In this document: in pieces, positions 1 through 10,121 of the stretch
How the letters are laid out: each line of letters starts with the position of its first letter
How positions within the stretch are numbered: position 1 is the first letter of the stretch
Assembly: GCA_963739455.1 (NCBI GenBank)
Contig: CAVUAK010000001.1
Span: 1,632,001 to 1,696,000 of the forward strand
Direction of reading: 5' to 3'
DNA from: an uncultured Gemmatimonadales bacterium
Lineage (GTDB): Bacteria > Gemmatimonadota > Gemmatimonadetes > Gemmatimonadales > GWC2-71-9
Length of the DNA stretch: 64,000 nt
Notes under the pieces: model-generated
Told to the model about the DNA's origin: nothing
Databases searched by the model: none
The model's input: the letters and a program-made list of their open reading frames with translations, nothing else
Translations under genes and position numbers: made by a program

Positions 1-585
1 AGCTACAGGTCGCATTGCCCCGCGGATGAGCTCGCGCGGCCTCTCACCGGCTTGGTTGCCGGGGGCGACGCCTGTTCGAATCGCTGCAACCACGTCGGGG
101 AGGGAACTGATGGCTGCATCGAAGCAGCGCGCATTCAGCGTGAGCGCCGTCTCGTCAGCCGCAATGCGGAAGCGACGCTCTGTGAGGATGGCCCCGGCAT
201 CGACGGCGCCCGTCATCCAGTGCCACGTCACCCCGTGTTCAGCGTTTCCACGCATGATCGCCCACGCCGGGGTGTTGAGTCCGCCTAGCTCGGGCAATGG
301 ACCGTCATGAAAATTGATGCCGCCGATGCCGGCGCGGCGCAGGATGGCTGGCGGGATGATCTTGAGGTTGCCGATGCTGAGGATGAAGTCGAACGACAGT
401 TCCGGTGCATCGCCAAGTTCGTCCAGCCCGGAGAAAATGCGCAACTGTCGGCTCTCAGCCCACGCTGCAATCTCCGGTGTGTCGGTCACGACAGCGGCCA
501 CGGAGTCCCCCGCATCCAGCAGGGCGTTTCCGCAGTGCACCAGCAGTGATTCGTTTCCTGCGAGAACATGCGAGCGTGCTGGCAA
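1..585 (-). CDS. Formyltransferase-domain protein, N-terminal part (runs off the window); possibly the first domain of a MupA/Atu3671-type NRPS-like protein
   Basis: Not in the ORF track. Manual translation from TTG at 585 (AGGAG upstream) gives MPARSHVLAGNESLLVHCGNALLDAG...GINFHDGPLPELGGLNTPAWAIMRGNAEHGVTWHWMTGAVDAGAIL, with the formyltransferase NxH..LP, GVTxH and D-x-G motifs. Open to position 1. Confidence 0.8.
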   Translation of the reverse strand, partial: MPARSHVLAGNESLLVHCGNALLDAGDSVAAVVTDTPEIAAWAESRQLRIFSGLDELGDAPELSFDFILSIGNLKIIPPAILRRAGIGGINFHDGPLPELGGLNTPAWAIMRGNAEHGVTWHWMTGAVDAGAILTERRFRIAADETALTLNARCFDAAISSLPDVVAAIRTGVAPGNQAGERPRELIRGAMRPVA

Positions 586-771
586 TCAGTGCTCCTGCTG
601 AAACTTGTCCTTGCGGCCCCGGTAACAATATGCAGATACCGGAGCCGGGGCCGGACGATTCCTCGACGGACCCAGAAGCACCTGTTGCGCCGGTGCATCA
701 TCGTGGGGAGATAGGCAGAAGTTCGCGAAATCTGGGCCGCTTGAAGGGTTACCGTGGTCAGGGCCGGAACA

Positions 772-807
772 CCTGCCCTCCCCGCCTTTCCCGCCCTCCC
801 CGCCTTT
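772..807. repeat. 9-mer tandem repeat (CCCGCCYTY-like x4)
   Basis: cctgccctc cccgccttt cccgccctc cccgccttt in the divergent intergenic region. Confidence 0.7.
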
Positions 808-817
808 GCCTCACCCA

Positions 818-833
818 TGGCCCACGATTTGAC
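818..833 (+). promoter_or_regulatory. Candidate sigma-54 promoter, -12 TTGA variant
   Basis: TGGCCCACGATTTGA: GG at 819-820 and GA at 831-832, canonical spacing; upstream of the deacetylase operon. Confidence 0.4.
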
Positions 834-924
834 GAGGGGAGAGGGTTCAGCCCTTGTCAGTGTAGCGATGGTGTCACATTATCCCGAATCCAAGCTGTCC
901 CCTGAAGGCTATCCCGGAGCTCAA

Positions 925-1827
925 GTGGCTGTGACGAATAGCGGTCCAATCATGCGCGTGCCGCCTTCGCTCACCCGGAATGCGAGTCACATCTTTTCAG
1001 TGGACGTGGAGGAGTATTTCCACGCACTCGCCTTGGCCCCTTGTGCACCCCGCTCGCGCTGGGCTTCCATGCCGAGCCGGGTTGAAGCCAATACCGGCAT
1101 CCTCCTCGACCTGCTGGCGCGCAATAACACCAAGGGAACCTTCTTCGTCGTCGGCTGGGTCGCGGAACGGTGCCCACAACTGGTGCGACGCATCGCGGCC
1201 GAAGGCCACGAAGTGGGCTGCCACAGTCAGTGGCACCGCCAGGTCTTCACGCTTACTCCTGCCGAGTTCCGCGAGGACCTGAAGCAGTCGAAGGACACAC
1301 TGGAGCAGGTGTTGGGTGAGCGGATTCAGGGTTTCCGCGCCCCCGGCTTTTCCATCATTCCCGGATGCGAGTGGGCCTTTGACGTCCTGCTGGAGGAGGG
1401 CATCACCTACGACTCCAGCCTCTTTCCCATCGTGCGGCCCGAGTATGGCTACCCCAGTAGCCCCGGCGATCCCTATGTAATCCGTCGCGCTTCCGGTACC
1501 CTGCTCGAATTGCCCCTGACCACTACACGCATCGCAGGGGTCCCGTTCCCGGCCGCCGGCGGGGCCTACCTGCGCCAGCTTCCCTACGGCCTCATTCACC
1601 GCGCCTTCAGCGAGTATCGCGCGCGCGGTGTGCCGGCCATGTTTTACGTACACCCATGGGAAGTCGACCCCGGCCAGCCGCGCCTCCCCGTCCCGCTCAT
1701 CTCGCGCCTGCGCCACTACCGCGGGCTCGACGGCATGCTCGGCCGCCTCGAGCGCCTGCTGCGCGACTTCAAGTTCACCTCGGTGGAACAGGCACTCGAC
1801 GTTCCGGCCCTTCGCGCCGCAGCGTGA
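925..1827 (+). CDS. Polysaccharide deacetylase, XrtA/PEP-CTERM-locus type (DUF3473-like C-terminus)
   Basis: SVDVEEYFH, TFFVVGWVAE, HEVGCHSQWH, GFRAPGFSI, YDSS, GGAYLR and YVHPWEVDP motifs; start is GTG 925 or ATG 952. Confidence 0.9.
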   Translation: MAVTNSGPIMRVPPSLTRNASHIFSVDVEEYFHALALAPCAPRSRWASMPSRVEANTGILLDLLARNNTKGTFFVVGWVAERCPQLVRRIAAEGHEVGCHSQWHRQVFTLTPAEFREDLKQSKDTLEQVLGERIQGFRAPGFSIIPGCEWAFDVLLEEGITYDSSLFPIVRPEYGYPSSPGDPYVIRRASGTLLELPLTTTRIAGVPFPAAGGAYLRQLPYGLIHRAFSEYRARGVPAMFYVHPWEVDPGQPRLPVPLISRLRHYRGLDGMLGRLERLLRDFKFTSVEQALDVPALRAAA

Positions 1828-1846
1828 GGCCACTGCAGGATCGAGC

Positions 1847-2866
1847 GTGATCCGCGTCGAGCGGCTCACCGGAGTGGCCGCCGACTGGGATCCATTCGTT
1901 CGAAGCCAGCGGAACTGGACCCCGTTTCACCTCCTCGCCTGGCGCGATATCATCGCCCAGGTGTTCGGGCATCAGACCGTCTATCTCGCTGCTCGCGACG
2001 ACGATCGCCTTGCAGGCGTCCTCCCCCTCGTACTGGTCAAGAGCGCGGTCTTCGGGCGCTTCCTCGTCTCCATGCCCTTCGTCAATTACGGTGGCCCGCT
2101 CGGCACTCCCGAGGCGGTGCGCGCGCTCGCCGGTGAAGCGGCTCGCATCGGCAACGAGGAGCGGGTGAAGCTCCTCGAGTTGCGCAGTCGCACCGAGCTG
2201 CCCATCGACCTTCCCGTTTCGCACCGCAAGATCACGGTTGTCCTCGACATACCCGCTGGATCGCCCGACGCCTTGTTCAAGTCCTTCGACGCCAAGCTGA
2301 GGAGCCAGGTGCGGCGTCCCCAGAAGGCTGGTATTGTCGTACGCTTCGGCGCGGATCAGCTCGATCCCTTCTACCGTGTCTTTGCCCGGCACATGCGCGA
2401 CCTCGGCACGCCGGTCCAGCCGAAGAAGCTCTTCACTGCACTGTCGGAGGCCTTTGGAGAGGATCTCTGGATCGGGGTCGCCTGGCACGGTGATGAGCCA
2501 GTGGCAGCCGGCGTCGGCTTTCGGTGGGACAGCGAATTCGAGATGACCTGGGCGTCGTCGCTCTACGCCTGGAACAAGCTGTCGCCCAACATGGCGCTCT
2601 ACTGGGCGTTCATGGAGCGCGCGTGCAATACCGAAGTGACCCTCTTCAACTTCGGTCGCTGCTCGGTGGGCGTCGGGACGCATCGCTTCAAGAGGCAGTG
2701 GGGCTCGCGCGACGAACAGCTCTGGTGGTATCAGCAGGGCGATGGTGTGGCCAGCACTCCCTCTCCCGATGACGGGGCGTACTCCTGGGGTCCCCGTCTC
2801 TGGAAGCACCTTCCGGTCGGCATCGCCAACCTTATCGGCCCGCCCATCGTGGCGGGAATTCCCTGA
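1847..2866 (+). CDS. FemAB-related (GNAT/Fem fold) protein, XrtA/PEP-CTERM-locus type
   Basis: LVSMPFVNYGG, KLRSQVRRPQK, MRDLGTPV and FNFGRC...GTHRFKRQWG motifs; follows the deacetylase as in known loci. Confidence 0.88.
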   Translation: MIRVERLTGVAADWDPFVRSQRNWTPFHLLAWRDIIAQVFGHQTVYLAARDDDRLAGVLPLVLVKSAVFGRFLVSMPFVNYGGPLGTPEAVRALAGEAARIGNEERVKLLELRSRTELPIDLPVSHRKITVVLDIPAGSPDALFKSFDAKLRSQVRRPQKAGIVVRFGADQLDPFYRVFARHMRDLGTPVQPKKLFTALSEAFGEDLWIGVAWHGDEPVAAGVGFRWDSEFEMTWASSLYAWNKLSPNMALYWAFMERACNTEVTLFNFGRCSVGVGTHRFKRQWGSRDEQLWWYQQGDGVASTPSPDDGAYSWGPRLWKHLPVGIANLIGPPIVAGIP

Positions 2867-2874
2867 CATCGTCG

Positions 2875-4057
2875 TTGTCGTGGCGCTACCTCGCACCGGC
2901 CTACTCGCCAGTGACGGTGGGATCAGTTGCGGGTGGGCTGCGGGGGCTTTGCATCTGGGGAACGGGCCGGCCGGGACCAGTGGCTCGCCCATCGTTATGA
3001 AGTCGACGTGGCGCTGCTCGTTGACAGCGGCACTTCCGCCCTTCGCCTGGCACTCGAGGCTGTTCGGGCGCCCGGTGGTTCACCCCCGTCCGTGGTACTT
3101 CCTGCTTACGGCTGCTACGACCTCGCCACCGCCGCCATCGGCGCAGGCGCGGTGGTCTCCTTCTACGACCTCGACCCGGCCACGCTCGGGCCTGACTGGC
3201 ACTCGCTCGCTACGGCGCTCTCGGCCGGAGTCGACGCGCTTGTACTCGTGCATCAGTACGGCGTTCCGGTGGACATCGACCGCGCACGGGCGCTCGCCGA
3301 GGCCTGCGGCACGGTTGTCATCGAGGATGCTGCGCAAGGCGCTGGAGCGTGGTGGCGCCATCGCCGCCTTGGCGCTCGAGGTGACCTGGGCATTCTCAGC
3401 TTTGGCCGGGGCAAGGGCATGACTGCCGGCGGGGGAGGTGCTCTCTTCGCCACCGGACCTCGCGGGCGCGAGCTCATCGAGCGCGCCAGGCCTCGGATGG
3501 CGCCTGGGGGGCGCGGCGTCGGCAGCGTGGTCCGGTTGGCACTACAGGCAGTGCTGAGTCACCCGATGCTCTACGGTGTTCCGGCTCGCCTGCCGTGGCT
3601 TGCCCTGGGCGACACGCCCTTCCATGGACCATGGGCACCTCGCAGCATCGAGGCGGCGCAGGCCGGAGCCCTCGAGGCCGCAGCGGCACTCGCCGACGAC
3701 GAAGCAGCGACGCGCCGCCGGGTCGCGGAGTTCCTGAAGGCGGAGCTCCACCAATTGCCCGCCCTGAGCCTTGTACAATCGCCAGCAGGCGAAGGGACCT
3801 TGCCCGGGTGGCTCAGGTTCCCGGTGGTCCTGAACGAAGCGAAGTGGGCCAGGGCCATCACTTCAACCCTCCGTCATTTGGGCGTGGCTCCCGGGTACCC
3901 CATGCCGCTCCCCGACCTTCCGGCCTTCCAGACCCGCTCCAGGGCAGCCCAGTACCCAGGCGCCGCGCGGCTGGCCGCACATCTTGTTACGCTGCCCACC
4001 CACCGCTGGGTCACCTCGCGCGATATTTCCCACCTTCGTCAGTCCCTCAATAGCTGA
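2875..4057 (+). CDS. DegT/DnrJ/EryC1/StrS family PLP aminotransferase (probable frameshift near 2945)
   Basis: SGTSAL, EDAAQ, SFGRGK (PLP lysine) and LVTLPTH motifs; the plausible N-terminus MSWRYLAPAYSPV lies in another frame. Confidence 0.8.
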
Positions 4058-4069
4058 ACCAGCGATCTC

Positions 4070-4118
4070 CGCGGTTGAGGTTCCTCCTTACGCGGTTGCC
4101 GTTCCTCCTCACGCTGTT
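4070..4118. repeat. 21-bp tandem repeat family, copy 1
   Basis: cgcggttgaggttcctcctta cgcggttgccgttcctcctca cgctgtt. Confidence 0.85.
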
Positions 4119-4241
4119 AATGTATCCAAGACCGACATCGCTGCATGTTTTTGCACTGCCTCTCGCACCTCCTCCAAGCGACCTGCTCCTTCCCCCCGGA
4201 CTGTATTGAATCAATATCAGACGACGGCAAGAAATTGCACA

Positions 4242-4357
4242 TGTAATACAAATCACATAAGTCACTTGTTTTCAAAGTTATAGCTATTAGTCTCACCCGA
4301 TGAAAAATTCAAAATCAATACAGTCTCTACTACACCTCTATTGGCTTGCTCCTTGCC
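4242..4357 (+). promoter_or_regulatory. Candidate sigma-54 promoter with upstream TGT-N10-ACA enhancer-like site and AT-rich IHF-like tract
   Basis: TGGCTTGCTCCTTGCC (GG 4343-44, GC 4355-56); TGTaatacaaatcACA at 4242-4257; TAAGTcacttgttttcaaagtta at 4258. Confidence 0.65.
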
Positions 4358-4418
4358 CTCGTTGTTCTCTCGAAATCGGGTCTTTCGCCCACCATGCTCG
4401 GCCAGCGAACTGTAAGAA

Positions 4419-5372
4419 ATGAACAGCTATACTCAGCTGAGTTCTCTGCACGGCTTCTCCGCGCGGTACCGGGCCGTATGCCTGTTTTCCCTGGCAGCGG
4501 CAGGGTGCGGCACGGGGGCGAGCGTGGACGCCTTGGATCCGCCTGTCTCCGGTGCAAACCGGGTGCTGTCCGGGGAGTGCCAGCGGCCTGGATCCGGGTG
4601 GATCTGGTGTGACGACTTCGATGTCGATCGGCTCAGCTCCTACTTCGAGTTCGATGCGGCCGGCGGCAGGTTCTCGCGTGTTGCCGGCGTGGGGGCCGAG
4701 GGTTCGGCTGGCATGCGCGCTATCTACGCCACCATGCCCCAGACATCATCGGGATCCCTGAAGCTCGCCTTCGGGCGCACCCCTCAGCCGTACTTCCGGC
4801 CCGCCGACGCCGGCACAGCGACCTACCGCGAGCTCTACTGGCGCGTCTACCTCCGGTATCCCGCTGGGTGGCAGGGTGGCGGCGCAGACAAGCTTTCGCG
4901 CGCCACCAGCTTCGTTTCCGCTACCTCCTGGGCCCAGGCCATGATCGCCCACGTCTGGAGCGGCGGTAGCGCCGCCACCTGGGACTACCTCGTCATCGAC
5001 CCCGCGTCGGGCACCGACTCCATCGGCGCCATTCGCACCACCACCTACAACGACTTCCCCAACCTCCGCTGGCTGGGAGGCGTGCGCGGTACCACGCCTC
5101 TCTTCGCCTCCGCAGCGCGCGATCGCTGGCACTGCGTGGAAGCTCATGCACGCCTCAACGACGCCGGCGCGGCCAATGGGGTCTTCGAGTTGTGGGTGGA
5201 TGGACGGGTCGATGCGCGGCGGGAAGGGCTCAACTGGGTCGGCAACTACGCCGCCTACGGGCTCAATGCCGTCTTCATCGAGAATTTCTGGAATGCCGGC
5301 GCGCCCGTCGTCCAGGAGCGGTACCTCGACAATCTCGTCGTCAGCACGCAGCGGATCGGTTGCCCCTCGTAG
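4419..5372 (+). CDS. Putative lipoprotein with a ConA/LamG-like (polysaccharide lyase-like) domain
   Basis: Lipobox-like LAAAGC; WIWCDDF, ELYWRVYLRYP, WHCVEAHARLN...NGVFELWVDG and RYLDNLVVST beta-sandwich pattern. Confidence 0.65.
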   Translation: MNSYTQLSSLHGFSARYRAVCLFSLAAAGCGTGASVDALDPPVSGANRVLSGECQRPGSGWIWCDDFDVDRLSSYFEFDAAGGRFSRVAGVGAEGSAGMRAIYATMPQTSSGSLKLAFGRTPQPYFRPADAGTATYRELYWRVYLRYPAGWQGGGADKLSRATSFVSATSWAQAMIAHVWSGGSAATWDYLVIDPASGTDSIGAIRTTTYNDFPNLRWLGGVRGTTPLFASAARDRWHCVEAHARLNDAGAANGVFELWVDGRVDARREGLNWVGNYAAYGLNAVFIENFWNAGAPVVQERYLDNLVVSTQRIGCPS

Positions 5373-5428
5373 GGGGGCGACTGGTCAGCAACAATCACGG
5401 CGGGCCCACGTATTCAGGAGGAGGCAGG

Positions 5429-6334
5429 GTGAAGTATCTTTCGAAACTCTCTCGGCGAATGGCCTCGATGTTATGCATCCCGATGCTGTTGTCCTGGTCC
5501 CTCGCGGCGTGCAACCTCCCGGAGCCTCAGGCGCTCACTGACGGTCTCGAGCCCCCGCCACCCGTGGTGGATCTCCCGTCTGGGCCGCCGGTCGCTGCTA
5601 CGCGCACCTGCGACAACCAGCCGGCGGACTATGCCACCGTGCTCAATGTGCCGTGGAACGCACTGCCTCTGCAGAAGCCGGCGGTGTCGAGCGAGGGCTT
5701 CTGGTTCGCGCCGGGTCAGGCGAACACGCTGTCCCTGGTTGACGTCCCTGACGCGCCGCTCTCTCCCGGCAAGGCATTGCGCATCGGCTTTCCTCGTGGC
5801 ACTCCTGGTGGCGGCGCGCCCTCACGCTGGGGTTCATCACCGGAATTCCCCGCCAACGGGGGGAGTGTGTATGTGTGCGTGTGGGTGCGGATGAGCCAGG
5901 GCTACTCGAACAACGGCAACGTCGGGACAAAACTGTTCTTCATCCGTGACCCGTGGAACAATCATTTCGTTGGGTTCGACTCCCCTGATCGTGATCGCGA
6001 TGCCTACGTGATGACCGGGCTGCAGTTCCGCGACGCGTCCCTGAGCACCAACGTTGGTCAGGTCCACCCCGCAGGCAACAACATTGCCGGTGGCGCCTGG
6101 CACAAGGTCGAGGTCTTGTGGCAGGCCAACACGCCCGGCCTGAAGAACGGACGCTACCGCCACTGGGTCGATGGAGTGTTGATGGCGCAATCCAATACCG
6201 TAATGTGGTGGCTGGCAGGGCAGGTGCCCCGCTGGAACTCCATCTGGTTCGATCCAACCTTCGGTGGCGGGTTGAACCCCGTGCCGCATGATCAGTGGAT
6301 CGACCTTGACCACCTCGTCGTGGCGCTCAAGTAA
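5429..6334 (+). CDS. Putative lipoprotein with a ConA/LamG-like (polysaccharide lyase-like) domain
   Basis: Strong SD AGGAGGAGG; MKYLSKLSRRMA...SLAAC signal with lipobox; WHKVEVLWQANTPG..NGRYRHWVDG and WIDLDHLVV motifs. Confidence 0.65.
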   Translation: MKYLSKLSRRMASMLCIPMLLSWSLAACNLPEPQALTDGLEPPPPVVDLPSGPPVAATRTCDNQPADYATVLNVPWNALPLQKPAVSSEGFWFAPGQANTLSLVDVPDAPLSPGKALRIGFPRGTPGGGAPSRWGSSPEFPANGGSVYVCVWVRMSQGYSNNGNVGTKLFFIRDPWNNHFVGFDSPDRDRDAYVMTGLQFRDASLSTNVGQVHPAGNNIAGGAWHKVEVLWQANTPGLKNGRYRHWVDGVLMAQSNTVMWWLAGQVPRWNSIWFDPTFGGGLNPVPHDQWIDLDHLVVALK

Positions 6335-6337
6335 CCG

Positions 6338-7607
6338 GTGAGCGATTTGCGGCTGTCGGCGCGCCCCAGGCTGCTGTTCCTGTCACACCGCTTGCCTTTC
6401 CCGCCGCACAACGGCGCCTCCATCCGTACCTATCACACCCTGCGCCAATTGGCGCAGGAGTTCGATGTGGTCATGCTCTGCTTCGACCGGGTGGACCCCG
6501 CGCTCCGGAACACCTCGATCGACGATCGTATCGCTGGGCTCTCCCCCTGGGCCACCGTCAAGGTCTTCCCGATTCCTGAGGAACACTCGCGGGTGCGCTT
6601 CGCGTGGAACCATGCGCGAAGCCTCGCGACCCGGCTGCCCTACGTCCACTACGTGCACGAGAGTCACGACTTCGAGCAGGCCCTCCGTCGTGAACTGGAC
6701 ACCGGTGCGTTCGACCTCGTGCACATCGACAGCCTCGATCTTCAGCGCTTCCTCCCGCTGGTGCGCCACCTGCCGGTCGTCTGCACCCACCACAACGCCG
6801 AGTCGGTTCTCCTCGATCGCCGCGTGGCACGCGAGCTTGGGCCACGCGCCTGGTATCTTCGCCATCAGGCTGCATTGTTGGCCCGGAGCGAATCCGCCCT
6901 GCTGCCGCGCGTTGATCTGAACGTCACCGCCTCCGAGGTGGACGCGGCGCTGTTGCAGGAGCTGGCACCCTCGGCCCGCTTCGCCACCATTCCAAACGGC
7001 GTGGACACCGAGTTCTTCACTCCGTCTGGCAATGGCGCCGGCGCCGGCTGCGTCTTCGTGGGTGGCACCACCTGGTTCCCCAATCGCGACGGCCTCGACT
7101 GGTTCGCTGCCGACATCCTGCCGCGAGATGCGAAGTGCCGGAATCGCCGCTCCGGTCGAGTGGGTCGGGCGCGTCACCGAAGCCGAGCGCGCCCAGTTCG
7201 CGGCCCTCCCTGGCTTCAACTTCACCGGCTATGTCGATGACATCAGGCCGCACGTGCACGCGGCCGCGTGCTTCATCGCGCCACTTCGGGTTGGTGGTGG
7301 CACCCGCCTCAAGATTCTCGACGCGTGGGCCATGGGGATGCCGGTCGTCGCCACCAGCATTGCTTGTGAGGGACTCGACGCGGTGATCGGGGAGAACATC
7401 CTGGTGGCAGATGACGTCGCCGGCTTCGTGGGGGCGGTGTCCCGGGTGCTCGGCGATCCGGGCCTGGGCGCGCGGCTGGGCGCCGGTGGCCGCGCCACCG
7501 TCGAGCGCACCTACAGCTGGAATGTGCTCGGCACCAAGCTGCGCCGATTGTACCACGACGTCATTGCACGGCGCGCGCAGTATGGGGCGCCGACCCCGAC
7601 GCACTGA
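6338..7607 (+). CDS. GT4 glycosyltransferase (sugar transferase of PEP-CTERM-type loci), frameshift near 7125
   Basis: LSHRLPFPPHNG and IPNGVD in frame 1; APLRVGGGTRLKILDAWAMGMPVVAT in frame 2. Confidence 0.85.
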
Positions 7608-8574
7608 TCGCTAGCGGGCCAGCGTCGGCATCGGCGGGTCTCCGCTCCCTCGCCGGAGCCCGCTGGAATGCACCCAGCTCGTAGGCGCCTAGCAGCGCCG
7701 CGCCCAGCTTCCATCCCGACCGGCGCTCCGACATCGAGAAACGCGGCATTCCCCTCTCATCCCAGCGGCCCACATTGCGCGGGGCGATGCGCAGCACCGC
7801 CTCCATGCCGGCGCGCTTCGCCAGCGGTGCCGTGCGCTCGTCCCGCAGGCCGTACGGAATCGCCAGTACCGGCAGGACCTGCGGGGTCGCGCCACGCAGC
7901 CATTCGTGGCACCCTCTCACCTCGGACTCGATCTCGTCGTCACTGAGGAGCGGAAGTGCGCGATGCGTGACGGTGTGTACTCCGACCTCGAAGTGTGCAT
8001 CGGAGGCCAGCGTCGCAGAGTTCCGCCGTCGTCATGGCGCGATCGTATTGCCCCGCCGCCCCATGTCGCGTCTCGGCGGCTTGCAGGAGCTCGAGCGCCT
8101 TGGGCGGCAGGGCGCCACGGTGCCGGACGATGACGGTGTCGCGCGCCAGCCGGCCTGGATCATTCTCCGGCACCGTCAGCGGCGGAATGTCGAGCGAGAC
8201 GAACAGCGATTCCCACTCAGCTGGGGACAGGAGCGGTCGCCAGTTGGGAGAGCCGGTCCCACCAGAATGGCGTTCCCGACTCGCTCGCCTCGCGCACGCC
8301 GAAGACGGTGGCATGGGTGCCCGTCTCGCGGATGATCGGCGCCGCGACCCGAAGCACGGACAGGCAGGCGTCGTCGAATGTCAGCGCCACGAGCCCGGCG
8401 ACCTGTCTTGCCGGCACGGGACCGCGCGATGAGCTCGCGCAGCGGCACCACGGTGCCAAGTCGCTTCGCCAGCCCGATTGCCTGGCGCAGGTACGGTTCG
8501 CGGACATGAATGCCGCCCCCATCGGGCTGTTCTTGGCCCCGGATGCCGTGAAAGCAGAAAATCGTGGCGCCCAC
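7561..8574 (-). CDS. Polysaccharide deacetylase (NodB-like) with several frameshifts; 3' end uncertain
   Basis: Pieces IFCFHG, ALTFDDA, PFWWD and LAIPYG are spread over several frames. Confidence 0.7.
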
Positions 8575-8575
8575 G

Positions 8576-9967
8576 TCAGAACTGGAAGTAGAGGAAGGGC
8601 GACGGGCGGTTGCCCACGATGAGCGCGAGCGCGGCGCCGAACGCCGAGGCCAGCGCCAGCCGACCCGGCCAGCGCCACTCGTGCTTCAGCTCGAACGCAT
8701 TCGGGCCGCGCATCGCCCACGAGGCCCGCCACCAGCAGCGCCACGAGCACCAGGGGCAACTGCTCCGGCACGAGGCCCTCGGCCGGTAGGAACATTCGGC
8801 GCAGCAGCCCGAGGGCCATCGCGAAGTCGGTGGCGCGGAAGAACACCCAGCCGATCACTGCCGCGAGGAACATCGCGCCCTGGCGGAACCAGCGTCGGCA
8901 GCACGTCCCACCGCTTCGCCTGCCACCGGTGCACCGCCAGCAGCACGCCGTGATAGCCGCCCCAGAACACGAACGTCCACGCCGCCCCGTGCCACAGGCC
9001 GCCGATGAGCATCGTCAGCATCAGGTTGCGGTACGTCTCCATCGTGCCGCCGCGATTGCCGCCGAACGGGATGTACAGGTAGTCGCGCATGCACGTGGAG
9101 AGCGAGATGTGCCACCGCCGCCAGAAGTCGGCGGGATCGAGCGCCTTGTACGGCGAGTTGAAGTTCTGCGGGATGCGCAGCCCGAACATGTAGCCCAGGC
9201 CCACCGCCATCGTGCTGTAGCCGGAGAAGTCGAAGTAGAGCTGGAAGGTGTAGCCCAGCATCGCGATCCAGGCGCCGGCCGTGGAAAGCGACGTGTACTG
9301 CGCCAGCGCCGGGTCGACGAATGCGGCGAGGCTGTCGGCCACCACCACCTTTTCCACCAGGCCCACCACGAAGAAGGAGATCCCCCGCGTCAGCCAGCGC
9401 GTGCGATCGGCCCGACCCAGGTTCTCCAGGTCCTGCTCGATCTGCCGGAACCGGACGATCGGGCCCGCGACCAGCTGCGAGAAGAGCGACACGTACGCCG
9501 CAAACTCGAAGAAATTCCGCGTCGGCTTGATCACTCCCCGGTAGCTGTCGACGATGTAGCTGATCGTGTGGAAGGTGTAGAACGAGATGCCGATCGGCAG
9601 GATGATGTCGAGATGCGGTACCTCAACCGGGTGCCCGAACCACCCGCGTCACCGTGCGTGTCGTGGCCAGGCCGAAATTGGCGTACTTGAAGAACCCCAG
9701 CAGCAGCAGGTCCGCAGTCACCGGGATGGCCACGCAGAGCTTGCGGCGGCGCTCGTCGGTCCAGTGCAGCAGGCCGAGTCCGGCGCCGAAGCTCACCACC
9801 GTCGAGAAGAGCATCAGCAGGGTGAACCAGGGGTTCCAGTAGCTGTAGAACACGTAGCCGGTCACCGCCAGCCATACGTACCGCGCCTTGGCACTGGGGA
9901 GCCCCCAGAACACCAGGTAGGTGATCGGCAGGAAGACGAAGAGGAATTCGACGCTGTTGAAGAGCAT
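8576..9967 (-). CDS. MBOAT family O-acyltransferase (AlgI/DltB-like), frameshifted
   Basis: MLFNSVEFLFVFLP, LGFFKYANF, QLVAGPIVR, QLYFDFSGYS, DFWRRWHISLS, GLWHGA and C-terminal YFQF. Confidence 0.9.
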
Positions 9968-10091
9968 TCTTTGGTGTCCGAAGGGTAACAGGTGTAGCGT
10001 CGAAGCCACGCCGGCCAGCGGCAGTCGCCTGGCTCTTGGCTAAGTCGTTAATCTACATGGGTCTTTGGTCCCCCGGGCTGTCCCGGGTGTC

Positions 10092-10107
10092 CGGCGGGAT
10101 CCTTGCC
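10092..10107 (+). promoter_or_regulatory. Candidate sigma-54 promoter
   Basis: CGGCGGGATCCTTGCC (GG 10093-94, GC 10105-06) with a TAAGT AT-rich tract at 10041; very close to the start codon. Confidence 0.4.
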
Positions 10108-10121
10108 CCGGAGGAAGTCAC

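Noticed and set aside
4225..4239. CGGCAAGAAATTGCA as a second sigma-54 box
   Set aside because: The GG-GC spacing is one base short of the required distance.
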